The translations under genes and the position numbers were made by a program. DNA of 64,000 nucleotides, from NCBI GenBank assembly GCA_964252075.1, contig CAXULY010000011.1:63548-127547 (forward strand). Reading direction: 5' to 3'. How positions within the stretch are numbered: the stretch's first letter is position 1; each line of letters starts with the position of its first letter. Shown here one piece after another: positions 10,512-19,588 of this stretch. The notes beneath the pieces were generated by a model. It ran no database searches, had not been told where the DNA came from, and was given only the letters and a program-made list of their open reading frames with translations. The DNA comes from an uncultured Deinococcaceae bacterium (GTDB taxonomy: Bacteria; Deinococcota; Deinococci; Deinococcales; Deinococcaceae).

Positions 10512-10531
10512 CGGGGGCCGCAGGGCCCCCG
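10512..10531 (+). terminator. GC stem-loop after the binding-protein gene (stabiliser or partial terminator)
   Basis: cgggggcc-gcag-ggcccccg; no U-tract. Confidence 0.4.
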
Positions 10532-10634
10532 CCCGCGCGGCGCGGCGCGCGGGACGTGAAGCGCCGCCGACCGCACGCCCACACCGACCCCGCCCGCGCA
10601 GCGGGCCGGAACTGACCTCAGGAGGTGCGTACCC

Positions 10635-11555
10635 GTGGCCCTACCTCATTCCTCTGCCGCCCCGGTGACCAAGGCACCGCGCCAGGGTGGGAAGACGCCG
10701 CTGCGCTGGACGCTGCTGCTCCCCGCCCTCCTCGTCATCGGCGCGGTCATCGTGTACCCCATGCTGGCGTCCCTCGTCACGAGCTTCCGCTCGTGGCAGC
10801 TCATCATGTCCCCCACGCCCGGGCCCTTCGTGGGCCTCGAGAACTACACGCGCGCCTTCACCGACCAGGGCTTCCTGAACAGCCTGCGCGTGAGCGGCCT
10901 GTACCTGCTGCTGTCCGTGCCGCTCTCCATCGTGCTGGGCCTCGGCATCGCGCTGATCCTCGCGAAACCCACCTGGCTGAACACCTTCACGCGCGCGCTC
11001 CTGATCTTCCCCTTCGCGGTCGCGCCCGTCCTGAAGGGCTACAGCTGGCGTTTCATGCTGAACCCCGAGTACGGCGTGTACGCGAACATGGTGGGCGGCG
11101 TAATCCCGCCGCTGAAAGGCTACCTGTGGCTCGGGCATGACTTCAGCGCCCTCCTGGTCATCGCGTTCTCCGAGGTGTGGGGCTGGGCGCCCCTGTTCGC
11201 CCTGATGTTCATCGGCGCGCTCGGCAGCATCCCCGGTGAGACAACCGAGGCGGCGCGCGTGGACGGCGCGAGCAACATGCAGATCTTCTGGCGCATCACC
11301 CTGCCGCTCCTCGCGCCCGTCATCTACATCGTGGCGCTCCTGAAGATCATCTCGGCCTTCAAGATGTTCGACCAGGTCGCCATCATGACCGGCGGCGGCC
11401 CCGGCGACAGCACCCAGACCCTGTACTACTTCGTGTACCAGGTGGCCTTCCGGAACCTCGACATGGGGTACGCGTCCGCCGTGTCGTACATCCTCGTGAT
11501 CCTGATGGGCGTCCTGGCGTACCTGTACGTGCGCACCCTCATGCGGAGGGCCTGA
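10635..11555 (+). CDS. Carbohydrate ABC transporter permease
   Basis: FVGLENY, EAARVDGAS...ITLPLL, TGGGPG. Confidence 0.95.
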   Translation: MALPHSSAAPVTKAPRQGGKTPLRWTLLLPALLVIGAVIVYPMLASLVTSFRSWQLIMSPTPGPFVGLENYTRAFTDQGFLNSLRVSGLYLLLSVPLSIVLGLGIALILAKPTWLNTFTRALLIFPFAVAPVLKGYSWRFMLNPEYGVYANMVGGVIPPLKGYLWLGHDFSALLVIAFSEVWGWAPLFALMFIGALGSIPGETTEAARVDGASNMQIFWRITLPLLAPVIYIVALLKIISAFKMFDQVAIMTGGGPGDSTQTLYYFVYQVAFRNLDMGYASAVSYILVILMGVLAYLYVRTLMRRA

Positions 11556-11557
11556 CC

Positions 11558-12430
11558 GTGCAGCGCGAAGTGAGCCTCCCGTACGCCGCGCCGCGCGCCC
11601 GCACGCGCGGCCTCACCCGCCGCCGCCTCGGGATGAGCCTGGAGGTGCTCGCCACGCTGGCGGTCATCTTCTTCGTGGCGTTCCCCATCGTGTGGATCGC
11701 CCTAGCGAGCCTCAAGCACCAGGTGGACGTGTACTCCACGCGGCTGTTCTTCCAGCCGACCCTCGACAACTACCGCGCGATCTTCGCGGAACCCACCCTG
11801 CTGGGCGGCAAGATCTGGGTGAGCGCCCTCGTGAGCTTCCTGACGGTCGCCATCACGGTGCCGCTCGGCGCGGCCGCCGCGTACGTGCTGTCCCGCCACA
11901 CCTTCCGCGGGCGCGAGACGCTGTTCCTCGCGATTCTCGTCACGCAGTTCGTGCCGGCCGTGGTGGTCGCCATCCCGTTCTTCACGCTGTTCCGCACCTT
12001 GAACCTCATCGACACGCCCATCGCGCTGGTCATCGTGTACCTGTCCTTCACGCTGCCGTACGCCATCTGGATGCTGCGCGGCTTCTTCGACGCGCTGCCC
12101 GTGGAGGTGGAGGAGGCGTCCTTCATTGACGGCTGCAACGAACTGCAGACGCTGCGGCACGTCACCATCCCGCTCGTCATGCCGGGCATCCTGGTGAGCG
12201 CGGTGTTCGCGTTCATCTCCGCCTGGAACGAGTTCTTCTTCGCGCTGATCCTGACGCGCACGCAGAGCCTCACCCTGCCTGTCGGCATGATGTCCATATC
12301 CGGCCCGCGCGGCCCCGAATGGGAGCAGCTCGCGGCGGCCGGCATGATCGTGATGGTGCCGATCCTGGTGATGTCGCTGTTCATCCGCCGGTACTTCGTG
12401 GAGGGCATCACCGTGGGGGCCGTGAAGTGA
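11558..12430 (+). CDS. Carbohydrate ABC transporter permease
   Basis: EEASFIDGC, AWNEF, FVEGITVGAVK. Confidence 0.95.
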   Translation: MQREVSLPYAAPRARTRGLTRRRLGMSLEVLATLAVIFFVAFPIVWIALASLKHQVDVYSTRLFFQPTLDNYRAIFAEPTLLGGKIWVSALVSFLTVAITVPLGAAAAYVLSRHTFRGRETLFLAILVTQFVPAVVVAIPFFTLFRTLNLIDTPIALVIVYLSFTLPYAIWMLRGFFDALPVEVEEASFIDGCNELQTLRHVTIPLVMPGILVSAVFAFISAWNEFFFALILTRTQSLTLPVGMMSISGPRGPEWEQLAAAGMIVMVPILVMSLFIRRYFVEGITVGAVK

Positions 12431-12602
12431 GCGCCCTTCCGGCGCGGGGGCGCGCGTGAGCGCCCCGAAACGCGCCCGCCGCAAGGGGCCGCCCGGCGAG
12501 GCGGACCCGCCCCTCAAGCCGCGCCAGCCGCGCGCCAAGGCGCCCGCGCTGGCCCTCGAACGGCCCGGCGACCCCGCCACCACCCAACCCGAGAGGACGC
12601 CC

Positions 12603-13679
12603 GTGACCCACACCGAACCCGCGCTGCCCGTCTTCGACTTCGCGAACCACCCGGACTACGCGGACTTCGCGCGCGCCGCGAGCACCGGGCGCCGCCAGCC
12701 ACTCGCGGGTTTCGACGAGGACTACACCGACATCGTGGATTACATCGTGCGCTGCACGCACAAGATCTGGGAGGAGAAAGGCATCGGCCTGATCTACACC
12801 CATTACGCGCACAACGCGCTGGTGCATTACTCCAGCGGCATCATGTACGGGCGCGAGGGCATGGTGGTGAACACCATTCAGCGGCAGGCGGCGTACGCCG
12901 CGCGGCACGCCTACGCCGACGACGTGATCTGGAGCGGCAACGACCGGGACGGGTATTACAGCTCGCACCGGGTGTCGAGCGTCGGCGTGAACACCGGGTA
13001 CACCGAGTACGGGCCGCCCACGGGCCGCCGGGTGCAGCGCTGGGGGTTCGCGGACTGCTTCATCGTGCAGAACAAGATCGTGGAGGAGTGGCTGATGGGG
13101 GACGCCATCGCGGAACTCCGCCAGATGGGGTACGACCCGGCGGCGCTCGCGCGGCGGTCGGTGCTGCCGGTGTCGCCGCACACGCACGGCGAGATTGACC
13201 GCCTGCCGAGCGGGCAGCAGGCGCCGGAGTTCCTTGACGTGCCACGTGCAGAGGACGACCCGCAGGGCTTCGTGCGCGCCATCCTCCTGAACCTCTGGAA
13301 CGCGAGACTGATCAACATGGTGCGCGCACATTACGCGCCGGGGCACGTCGCGTTCACCACCGATGCCCGCAAGCTGTACGGGCACGGGGACTACGAGAAC
13401 TTCGTGATCACCTTGATGGCGTGCTTCCCGGACCTGGCGCTGACGGTGGACCACCAGTGCATGCTGGGGGACGCCACGCGCGGGTACCGGGTGGCGACGC
13501 GCTTCACCCTGCAGGGCACCCACGAGGGCTACGGCCCCTACGGGCCCCCCACCGGGCGGCGCATCTTCCTGATTGGCGCGTCGCACCACATCATTCGCGG
13601 CGGGCAGATCGTGCAGGAGTGGACCCTGTACGACGAGTTCGCGCTGCTCAAGCAACTGTACGCACAGGTTGGGTCCTGA
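12603..13679 (+). CDS. Two-domain SnoaL/ester cyclase (NTF2-like) protein 1
   Basis: DIVDYIVRCTHKIWEE, FPDL...VDH, GTHEGYGPYGPPTGRR, VQEWTLYDE; RBS GAGAGGA before GTG 12603 (alternative start 12456). Confidence 0.85.
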   Translation: MTHTEPALPVFDFANHPDYADFARAASTGRRQPLAGFDEDYTDIVDYIVRCTHKIWEEKGIGLIYTHYAHNALVHYSSGIMYGREGMVVNTIQRQAAYAARHAYADDVIWSGNDRDGYYSSHRVSSVGVNTGYTEYGPPTGRRVQRWGFADCFIVQNKIVEEWLMGDAIAELRQMGYDPAALARRSVLPVSPHTHGEIDRLPSGQQAPEFLDVPRAEDDPQGFVRAILLNLWNARLINMVRAHYAPGHVAFTTDARKLYGHGDYENFVITLMACFPDLALTVDHQCMLGDATRGYRVATRFTLQGTHEGYGPYGPPTGRRIFLIGASHHIIRGGQIVQEWTLYDEFALLKQLYAQVGS

Positions 13680-14655
13680 GGAGGCACCTGAATGACGACC
13701 AATGAGGCCCCCGCGCTGCCCGTCTTCGACTTCGCGGACCGACCCGACTACGCGGACTTCGTGCGCGCCGCGAGCACCGGGCGCCGCCAGCCGCTCGCGG
13801 GCTTCGACGAGGACTACACCGACATCGTGGATTACATCGTGCGCTGCACGCACAAGATCTGGGAGGAGAAGGCCATCGGCCTGATTTACACCCATTACGC
13901 GCACAACGCCATCGTGCACACGCCGGGCGGCACGGTGTACGGGCGCGAGGCGGTGGTGCGCAACACCGTGCAGAACCAGGCGATCTGGGGGGACCTGCGC
14001 GCGTACGCCGACGACGTCATCTGGGGCGGGAACGACGACGAGGGGTACTACAGCTCGCACCGCCACGTGAACACCGCCACGCACACCGGGTTCACGGACT
14101 TCAGCGCGCCCACGGGCCGCAAGATCCTGTACTGGGGCATCGCGGACTGCCTGATTCGCCGCAACCTCATCGTGGAGGAGTGGCTCACGCACGACGGCGT
14201 GACCATCGTGCGGCAGATGGGGCACGACCCCGTGGCGCTCGCGCGGCGGTCGGTGCTGCCCGCGTCGCCGCACACGCACGGGGAGATTGACCGCCTGCCG
14301 AGCGGGCAGCAGGCACCGGAGTTCCACGAGGTGCCGCGCGCGGAGGATGACCCGCAGGGCTTCGTGCGCGCCGTCCTCCTGAACCTCTGGAACGCCCGAC
14401 TCGTGAACATGGTCCGCGCGCACTACGCGCCGAACGTGGTGGCCTTCGTGCCGGACGCCCGCAAGCTGTACGGGCACGGGGACTACGAGAACTTCGTGAT
14501 CACGCTGATGGCGTGCTTTCCGGACCTCGCACTCACGGTGGATCACCAGTGCGTGCTGGGGGACGCCACGCGCGGGTACCGGGTGGCGACGCGCTTCACG
14601 CTGCAGGGCACGCACGAGGGGTACGGCCCCTACGGGCCCCCCACCGGGCGGCGCG
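12618..14655 (+). repeat. Tandem gene duplication with near-identical DNA blocks at 1092-bp offset
   Basis: e.g. gacgaggactacaccgacatcgtggattacatcgtgcgctgcacgcacaagatctgggaggagaa is identical in both copies; ~13145-13560 matches ~14235-14655. Confidence 0.9.
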
Positions 14656-14810
14656 TCACCATGATCGCGATCAGCCACCACGAGCTGCGCGGCGGGCGCG
14701 TCGCGCGGGAGTGGACGGTCTTCAACGAGTTCGAGCTGCTCAAGCAGCTGCTCGGGCGCGCGGGCGGGGCGGGGGTGAACGCCGCGGATGTCCTCGACAC
14801 CGGACCCTGA
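13692..14810 (+). CDS. Two-domain SnoaL/ester cyclase protein 2
   Basis: Close paralog of protein 1 with the same motifs. Confidence 0.85.
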   Translation: MTTNEAPALPVFDFADRPDYADFVRAASTGRRQPLAGFDEDYTDIVDYIVRCTHKIWEEKAIGLIYTHYAHNAIVHTPGGTVYGREAVVRNTVQNQAIWGDLRAYADDVIWGGNDDEGYYSSHRHVNTATHTGFTDFSAPTGRKILYWGIADCLIRRNLIVEEWLTHDGVTIVRQMGHDPVALARRSVLPASPHTHGEIDRLPSGQQAPEFHEVPRAEDDPQGFVRAVLLNLWNARLVNMVRAHYAPNVVAFVPDARKLYGHGDYENFVITLMACFPDLALTVDHQCVLGDATRGYRVATRFTLQGTHEGYGPYGPPTGRRVTMIAISHHELRGGRVAREWTVFNEFELLKQLLGRAGGAGVNAADVLDTGP

Positions 14811-15867
14811 GCGCGCCGCCATTCAGCTGGACCGCCGCGACATCGGGACCTTCGCGGCGGGCGGCGAGCGCCGCCAGGGCCTCGCGGGATTCGAGCCGCA
14901 CTACACCGACATCGTGGATTACATCATCCGCTGCACGCACCGCATCTGGGAGGACAAGGCCATCGGCCTGATCTACACGCACTACGCGCACAACACGCCC
15001 GTGCACCTCACGGACGCCGAGCATTACGGGCGCGACCAGGTCGTGGAGAACACCGTGCAGACCCTCGCGATGTTCCCGGACCTGCGCCTCTTCGGCGACG
15101 AGGTCATCTGGAACGGCAACGACGAGGACGGCTTCCACAGCTCGCACCGCGTGACGTGGGTGGGGCACCACACCGGGCACGGCCTGTACGGGGCGCCCAC
15201 CGGCGCGCGCGTGCAGCGCCGCGAGATCGCGCACTGCGTGGTGCGGCACAACCGCATCGTGGAGGAGTGGGTGGTGCACGACGAGACCGCCCTGATCCGC
15301 CAGCTGGGCCTGGACGAGGTGGAGCTCGCGCGCGCCTTCGCGCAGGCGGAAGCGGCGCGCGGCGTGCGGCCCTACGCGGACGCCGGCGGCGAGGTGCCGC
15401 GCCGGCGCGGGCAGCTGCACCCGCCCATCACGCTGGACGGCGACCCGCGCGACCCGGACGTCCTGCCGCACCTGCTGTTCGGCCTGATCTGGAACGCCCG
15501 CATGCTGAACTACATCGGCGAGTACTACGCCGAGGGCGCCACCGTGTGCGCGCCCGGAAACCGCCGCCTCAGCGGCCACGGGGACCTCACCGCGTACCTG
15601 CTGGGCCTCCTCGCCGCCTTCCCGGACGCCGCCATCACCGTGGACCACGTGAACTGGGTGGGGGCCGACGACGCGGGCTTCAAGGTCGCGGCCCGCTGGA
15701 CCCTGCAGGGCACGCACACCGGCGCGGGCGTGTACGGCCCGCCCAGCGGGCGGCGCGCGCGCGTGATCGGCATCAGTCACTTCGAGGTGCAGGGCGGGCG
15801 CATCCAGCGCGAGTACATGGTGTGGGACGAGTTCGCCCTGCTGAAGCAGATTCACTGGCCGGCGTGA
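14788..15867 (+). CDS. Two-domain SnoaL/ester cyclase protein 3
   Basis: More diverged paralog: DIVDYIIRCTHRIWED, GTHTGAGVYGPPSGRR. Confidence 0.85.
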   Translation: MSSTPDPERAAIQLDRRDIGTFAAGGERRQGLAGFEPHYTDIVDYIIRCTHRIWEDKAIGLIYTHYAHNTPVHLTDAEHYGRDQVVENTVQTLAMFPDLRLFGDEVIWNGNDEDGFHSSHRVTWVGHHTGHGLYGAPTGARVQRREIAHCVVRHNRIVEEWVVHDETALIRQLGLDEVELARAFAQAEAARGVRPYADAGGEVPRRRGQLHPPITLDGDPRDPDVLPHLLFGLIWNARMLNYIGEYYAEGATVCAPGNRRLSGHGDLTAYLLGLLAAFPDAAITVDHVNWVGADDAGFKVAARWTLQGTHTGAGVYGPPSGRRARVIGISHFEVQGGRIQREYMVWDEFALLKQIHWPA

Positions 15868-15901
15868 AGCCCGCACGCCGCCCCCCCCGAAAGGACCCTG
15901 A

Positions 15902-17173
15902 ATGGAATACCTGAAGCAGGCCGCCCCGCAACCCCCCTCCGTGAATCAGGAGGTGCGCGACACCGTGTCGCGCATCATCTCCGACGTGGAGCGTGAGGGC
16001 CTGGACGCCGTGCGCCGCTACAGCGAGCGCTTCGACGGCTGGAACCCCCCGAGCTTCCGCCTCACGGACGCCGAGATCCGGCAGATCACCGCCGAGGTGG
16101 AGGACCGCGTCTCGAGCGCCATCGACTTCAGCCTCACGCAGGTGCGGCACTTCGCGGCCCTGCAGCGGCGCACCCTGGTGGACTTCGAAGCGGAGACCCT
16201 GCCGGGCGTCACGATCGGGCAGCGGCAGATCCCCGTGAACGCCGTGGGCGCCTACATCCCCGGCGGGCGTTACCCCATCACCGCGGCGCCCGCCATGACC
16301 ATCGCCGTGCCGAAAGCGGCGGGCGTGCCGCGCGTCGTGGCGTGCGCGCCCGTGCAGCGCGGCACCGGGCGCATCAACCCGTACCAGCTGTACGGCATCG
16401 TGCAGAGCGGCGCGGACGAGGTTTACACCATCGGCGGCGCGCAGGCGATGGCCGCCATGGCCTTCGGCCTGGACGGCGCGCCCCCCCTGGACGCCGTGGA
16501 CATGATCGTGGGCGCCGGGAACGCCTACGTCGCGGAGGCGAAACGCCAGCTGTTCGGCGTGGTGGGCATCGACCTCCTCGCGGGCCCCACCGAGATCTGC
16601 ATCCTCGCGGACGACAGCGCCGACCCGGAATTCGTGGCGGCGGACCTGCTCGCGCAGGCCGAGCACGGCACGAACTCGCAGAGCGTGCTGATCACCACCT
16701 CCCGCGCGCTCGGCGAGGCGGTCCTGCAGGAAATCCAGCGGCAGCTCGCCGCGCTCCCCACCGCGGACGCCGCCGGGACGTCCTGGCGTGACCTCGGGGA
16801 GGTCATCCTCGTCGCGGACGACGACGAGATGCTGCGCGTGTCGGACCAGGTGGCGAGCGAGCACCTGGAGGTGCAGACGCGCGACCCAGACTGGTTCCTC
16901 GCGCGCCTCACGAACTACGGCTCGCTGTTCCTCGGGCACAACGCGACCGTCGCGTACGGCGACAAGGGCATCGGCACGAACCACGTGCTCCCCACCAGCC
17001 GCGCGGCGCGTTACACGGGCGGCCTGTGGGTCGGGAAGTTCATCAAGACCGTCACGTGGCAGCGCGTGGCGGACACCGCGAACCACACGGTCGCGCCGTC
17101 CTTCATCACCATGGCGGACACCGAGGGCATGACCGGCCACGCGGACTCCATGCGCCTGCGCATCCGGAGCTGA
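15902..17173 (+). CDS. Histidinol dehydrogenase homolog, HpsN-like subgroup (paralog 2)
   Basis: [47 protein letters not shown]. Confidence 0.88.
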   Translation: MEYLKQAAPQPPSVNQEVRDTVSRIISDVEREGLDAVRRYSERFDGWNPPSFRLTDAEIRQITAEVEDRVSSAIDFSLTQVRHFAALQRRTLVDFEAETLPGVTIGQRQIPVNAVGAYIPGGRYPITAAPAMTIAVPKAAGVPRVVACAPVQRGTGRINPYQLYGIVQSGADEVYTIGGAQAMAAMAFGLDGAPPLDAVDMIVGAGNAYVAEAKRQLFGVVGIDLLAGPTEICILADDSADPEFVAADLLAQAEHGTNSQSVLITTSRALGEAVLQEIQRQLAALPTADAAGTSWRDLGEVILVADDDEMLRVSDQVASEHLEVQTRDPDWFLARLTNYGSLFLGHNATVAYGDKGIGTNHVLPTSRAARYTGGLWVGKFIKTVTWQRVADTANHTVAPSFITMADTEGMTGHADSMRLRIRS

Positions 17174-17178
17174 CGCGC

Positions 17179-18072
17179 GTGGACCGCACGCTGCCGATCG
17201 CCGTGGTGCAGGCCGCCCCGGAAGCGGCCGGGGCGCCCGGCGCCCTCGCTGCGCACGCGCAGCACCTCACGAGGAACTTCCCGCAGGCGCGGATGCTGGT
17301 GTACCCCGAGCTGCACCTGTTCGCGCACGAGGGCGCCGCGGACCGCGCGTGGCTGATGGACCGCGCTGAGCCGCTCGGCGGGCCGCGCGTGCGGGCCCTC
17401 GCGACCCTCGCGGGCGACCTCGGCGTGTGGCTGGTGCCGGGCACCGTCTACGAGCGCGGTCCCGAAGGGCAACTGTTCAACACCGCCGTGGTGTTCACGC
17501 CCGAAGGGCAGCTCGCTGCGCACTACCGCAAGGTCTTCCCATGGCGGCCCCACGAGCCCTTCGACCCCGGCGACCGCTTCGTGACCTTCGACATGCCCGG
17601 CGTGGGCCGCGCGGGCCTCTCCATCTGCTATGACGCGTGGTTCCCGGAGGTGACGCGCCACCTCGCGTGGATGGGCGCCGAGGTCGTGCTGAACCTCGTG
17701 CGGACCACCACCTGCGACCGCGCGCAGGAAGTCGTGCTGGCGCGCGCGAACGCCATCACGAACCAAATCTTCATGGTGAGCGTGAACTGCGCGGGCCCCA
17801 CCGGGACAGGCCAGAGCGTCATCGTGGACCCCGAAGGGCTGGTGCGCGCCGCCGCCACCGGGTCCGACGCGACGGTCCTCACGGACGTGCTGGACCTGCA
17901 CCATGTCACGCGCGTCCGCACGTACGGCACCGCCGGACTGACCCACATGTGGCGCCAGTTCCAACCCGGCGACGCGCCGCTGCCCCTGCCGCTGTACCAG
18001 GGCCGGATCGATCCAGACCGCTGGGAACCCCCCGCATGGGCGGACCAGGACGCCACACCGAAACCACGTTGA
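17179..18072 (+). CDS. Carbon-nitrogen hydrolase (nitrilase superfamily amidase)
   Basis: Catalytic triad context YPE, YRK, ICYD-WFPE. Confidence 0.9.
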   Translation: MDRTLPIAVVQAAPEAAGAPGALAAHAQHLTRNFPQARMLVYPELHLFAHEGAADRAWLMDRAEPLGGPRVRALATLAGDLGVWLVPGTVYERGPEGQLFNTAVVFTPEGQLAAHYRKVFPWRPHEPFDPGDRFVTFDMPGVGRAGLSICYDAWFPEVTRHLAWMGAEVVLNLVRTTTCDRAQEVVLARANAITNQIFMVSVNCAGPTGTGQSVIVDPEGLVRAAATGSDATVLTDVLDLHHVTRVRTYGTAGLTHMWRQFQPGDAPLPLPLYQGRIDPDRWEPPAWADQDATPKPR

Positions 18073-18711
18073 TTGGCGTGCCCTGCGGTGCGGTCGGCGT
18101 CAGGCCAGCGGCATATTCCCCCACCCGCAGGGCTGGGCGAGGTTGATTCCATGGTCCGCGCGGCGGGAGGCCCGGCAAGGTCGCCCGCTCTCAACCCGGC
18201 GTACCCCATCCTCTTTTAAGGCGCTTCCGCTCAACGTCCGTAACGAAGGTCAGGACCATTCTCGATTGTGTACCCGTTCCTGTGTGGTCCCCTCGTGCCG
18301 GGTTCCGAGCTTTTCGGCTGCGTGGACCACGTGTAGCGTCAGGGCACGGCTCCCTCAACGCGCTGGGAAGCAGGGAACTCTGGATGAGGCGCGTCGTGCC
18401 GTAGCGGTGGACGCTCGCCCGGCACACGTTCATTGCCGAGCACGGTGAAGTCGATGCCATGCAAGCCTCCAGGGATACACAACGGAACTGATCCTGTATT
18501 CAGAGACGAAAGCCGGTACAGGTCCGCATAACGGGACATCGGCGGGCCGTGACGTTCCTGCACGAACGAATCCCTCTCTGGTCTGACGACGGCGGGCCGC
18601 GTGAGTGCGCTCCGTCGCCCATTCACCGTATGCTCTCGGGGAAACGGCACATGACGTTCGGACTTCTGGCATGGCGACCATCCAGGACCTGTCGCATGTG
18701 ACGGGACAAAG

Positions 18712-19101
18712 GTGACCGTGTTCACGCTGGAGCAGATCAACGACCTGCACGACCGGTACGGCCGGGCCGCGACGCTCGCCGATTACCTGCGGTCCCTGAG
18801 GGCCATTGGCGTCGAACAGTACGACTCGTACGTGTCGGACGGGCACACAGAATTCTTCGGCGGTGGGCGGAGCGTGACGTCACCGCCGGCGCATGAACGC
18901 CTGCGTATCGCGGAAGTCAGCGATCAAGAAGCGTTGCTGGTCCAGCTGAAGTGGTCCGAAGAGGGGCGGACCTCGTACCTGGAGATGTCGAAGGGCCTCG
19001 CCGCGGTTGGAGTGCAGAAGTGGGCGGTAGATACCTGCCACATGACGATGACGTTCATGGACCGCGAAGGTCACGTGATGTTTGAGGAGCGCATCGAGTG
19101 A
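18712..19101 (+). CDS. DUF1398 family protein
   Basis: FTLEQI...GVEQYDSYVSDGH...G-TSY...GVQKWAVD...EERIE resembles the family as recalled. Confidence 0.75.
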   Translation: MTVFTLEQINDLHDRYGRAATLADYLRSLRAIGVEQYDSYVSDGHTEFFGGGRSVTSPPAHERLRIAEVSDQEALLVQLKWSEEGRTSYLEMSKGLAAVGVQKWAVDTCHMTMTFMDREGHVMFEERIE

Positions 19102-19588
19102 ACGAAAGCGCCAGGCTTGGCGCTACTGAGCAGCGGGAACCGGTGAGTTGAAGCGTGAGGCGTGTCATGGGGCGTGTGCTTGCGTTTAGCTGTGGTGACG
19201 CATTCACGAGCGATGTGGGCGGCAAGCATCGTCGTGTACAAGTGACGCGTGCGGGTGAACGGGCCAGGGCGCAGTCTGATAACCCCGCGAAGGATGCGCT
19301 GTCTTTGCCGATTAAGGCATGGCCCAGGTGGGCAATGCGTGCGAGGTCTGCGTCACAGCAATAGACGCCGGGGCGGGGAAGAGGAGCCTTCCGTTCAGCG
19401 GGCGCACCTCAACTCGCGGTCCTTCATCCAGGTGCATAACCTCAGGTGGAGTCGGCGCGTTCAGCCGACACGTGTCGTGAATCGTGCCATTCAAATTCCG
19501 TCTGAATGCTTAAACTCAACCACATTATTAGCGTTTGATTAGCGCGCCGCCGGTTACGGTTCTGTTACAGAACACTGCGGAGGACCCC

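Noticed and set aside
12603..15867. Polyketide biosynthetic cluster or diversity-generating retroelement
   Set aside because: No PKS/ACP and no reverse transcriptase; differences between copies are not adenine-specific.
18485..18525. Hammerhead-like CTGAT...GAAA
   Set aside because: Core is CTGATCC rather than CTGANGA and the flanking stems do not form.
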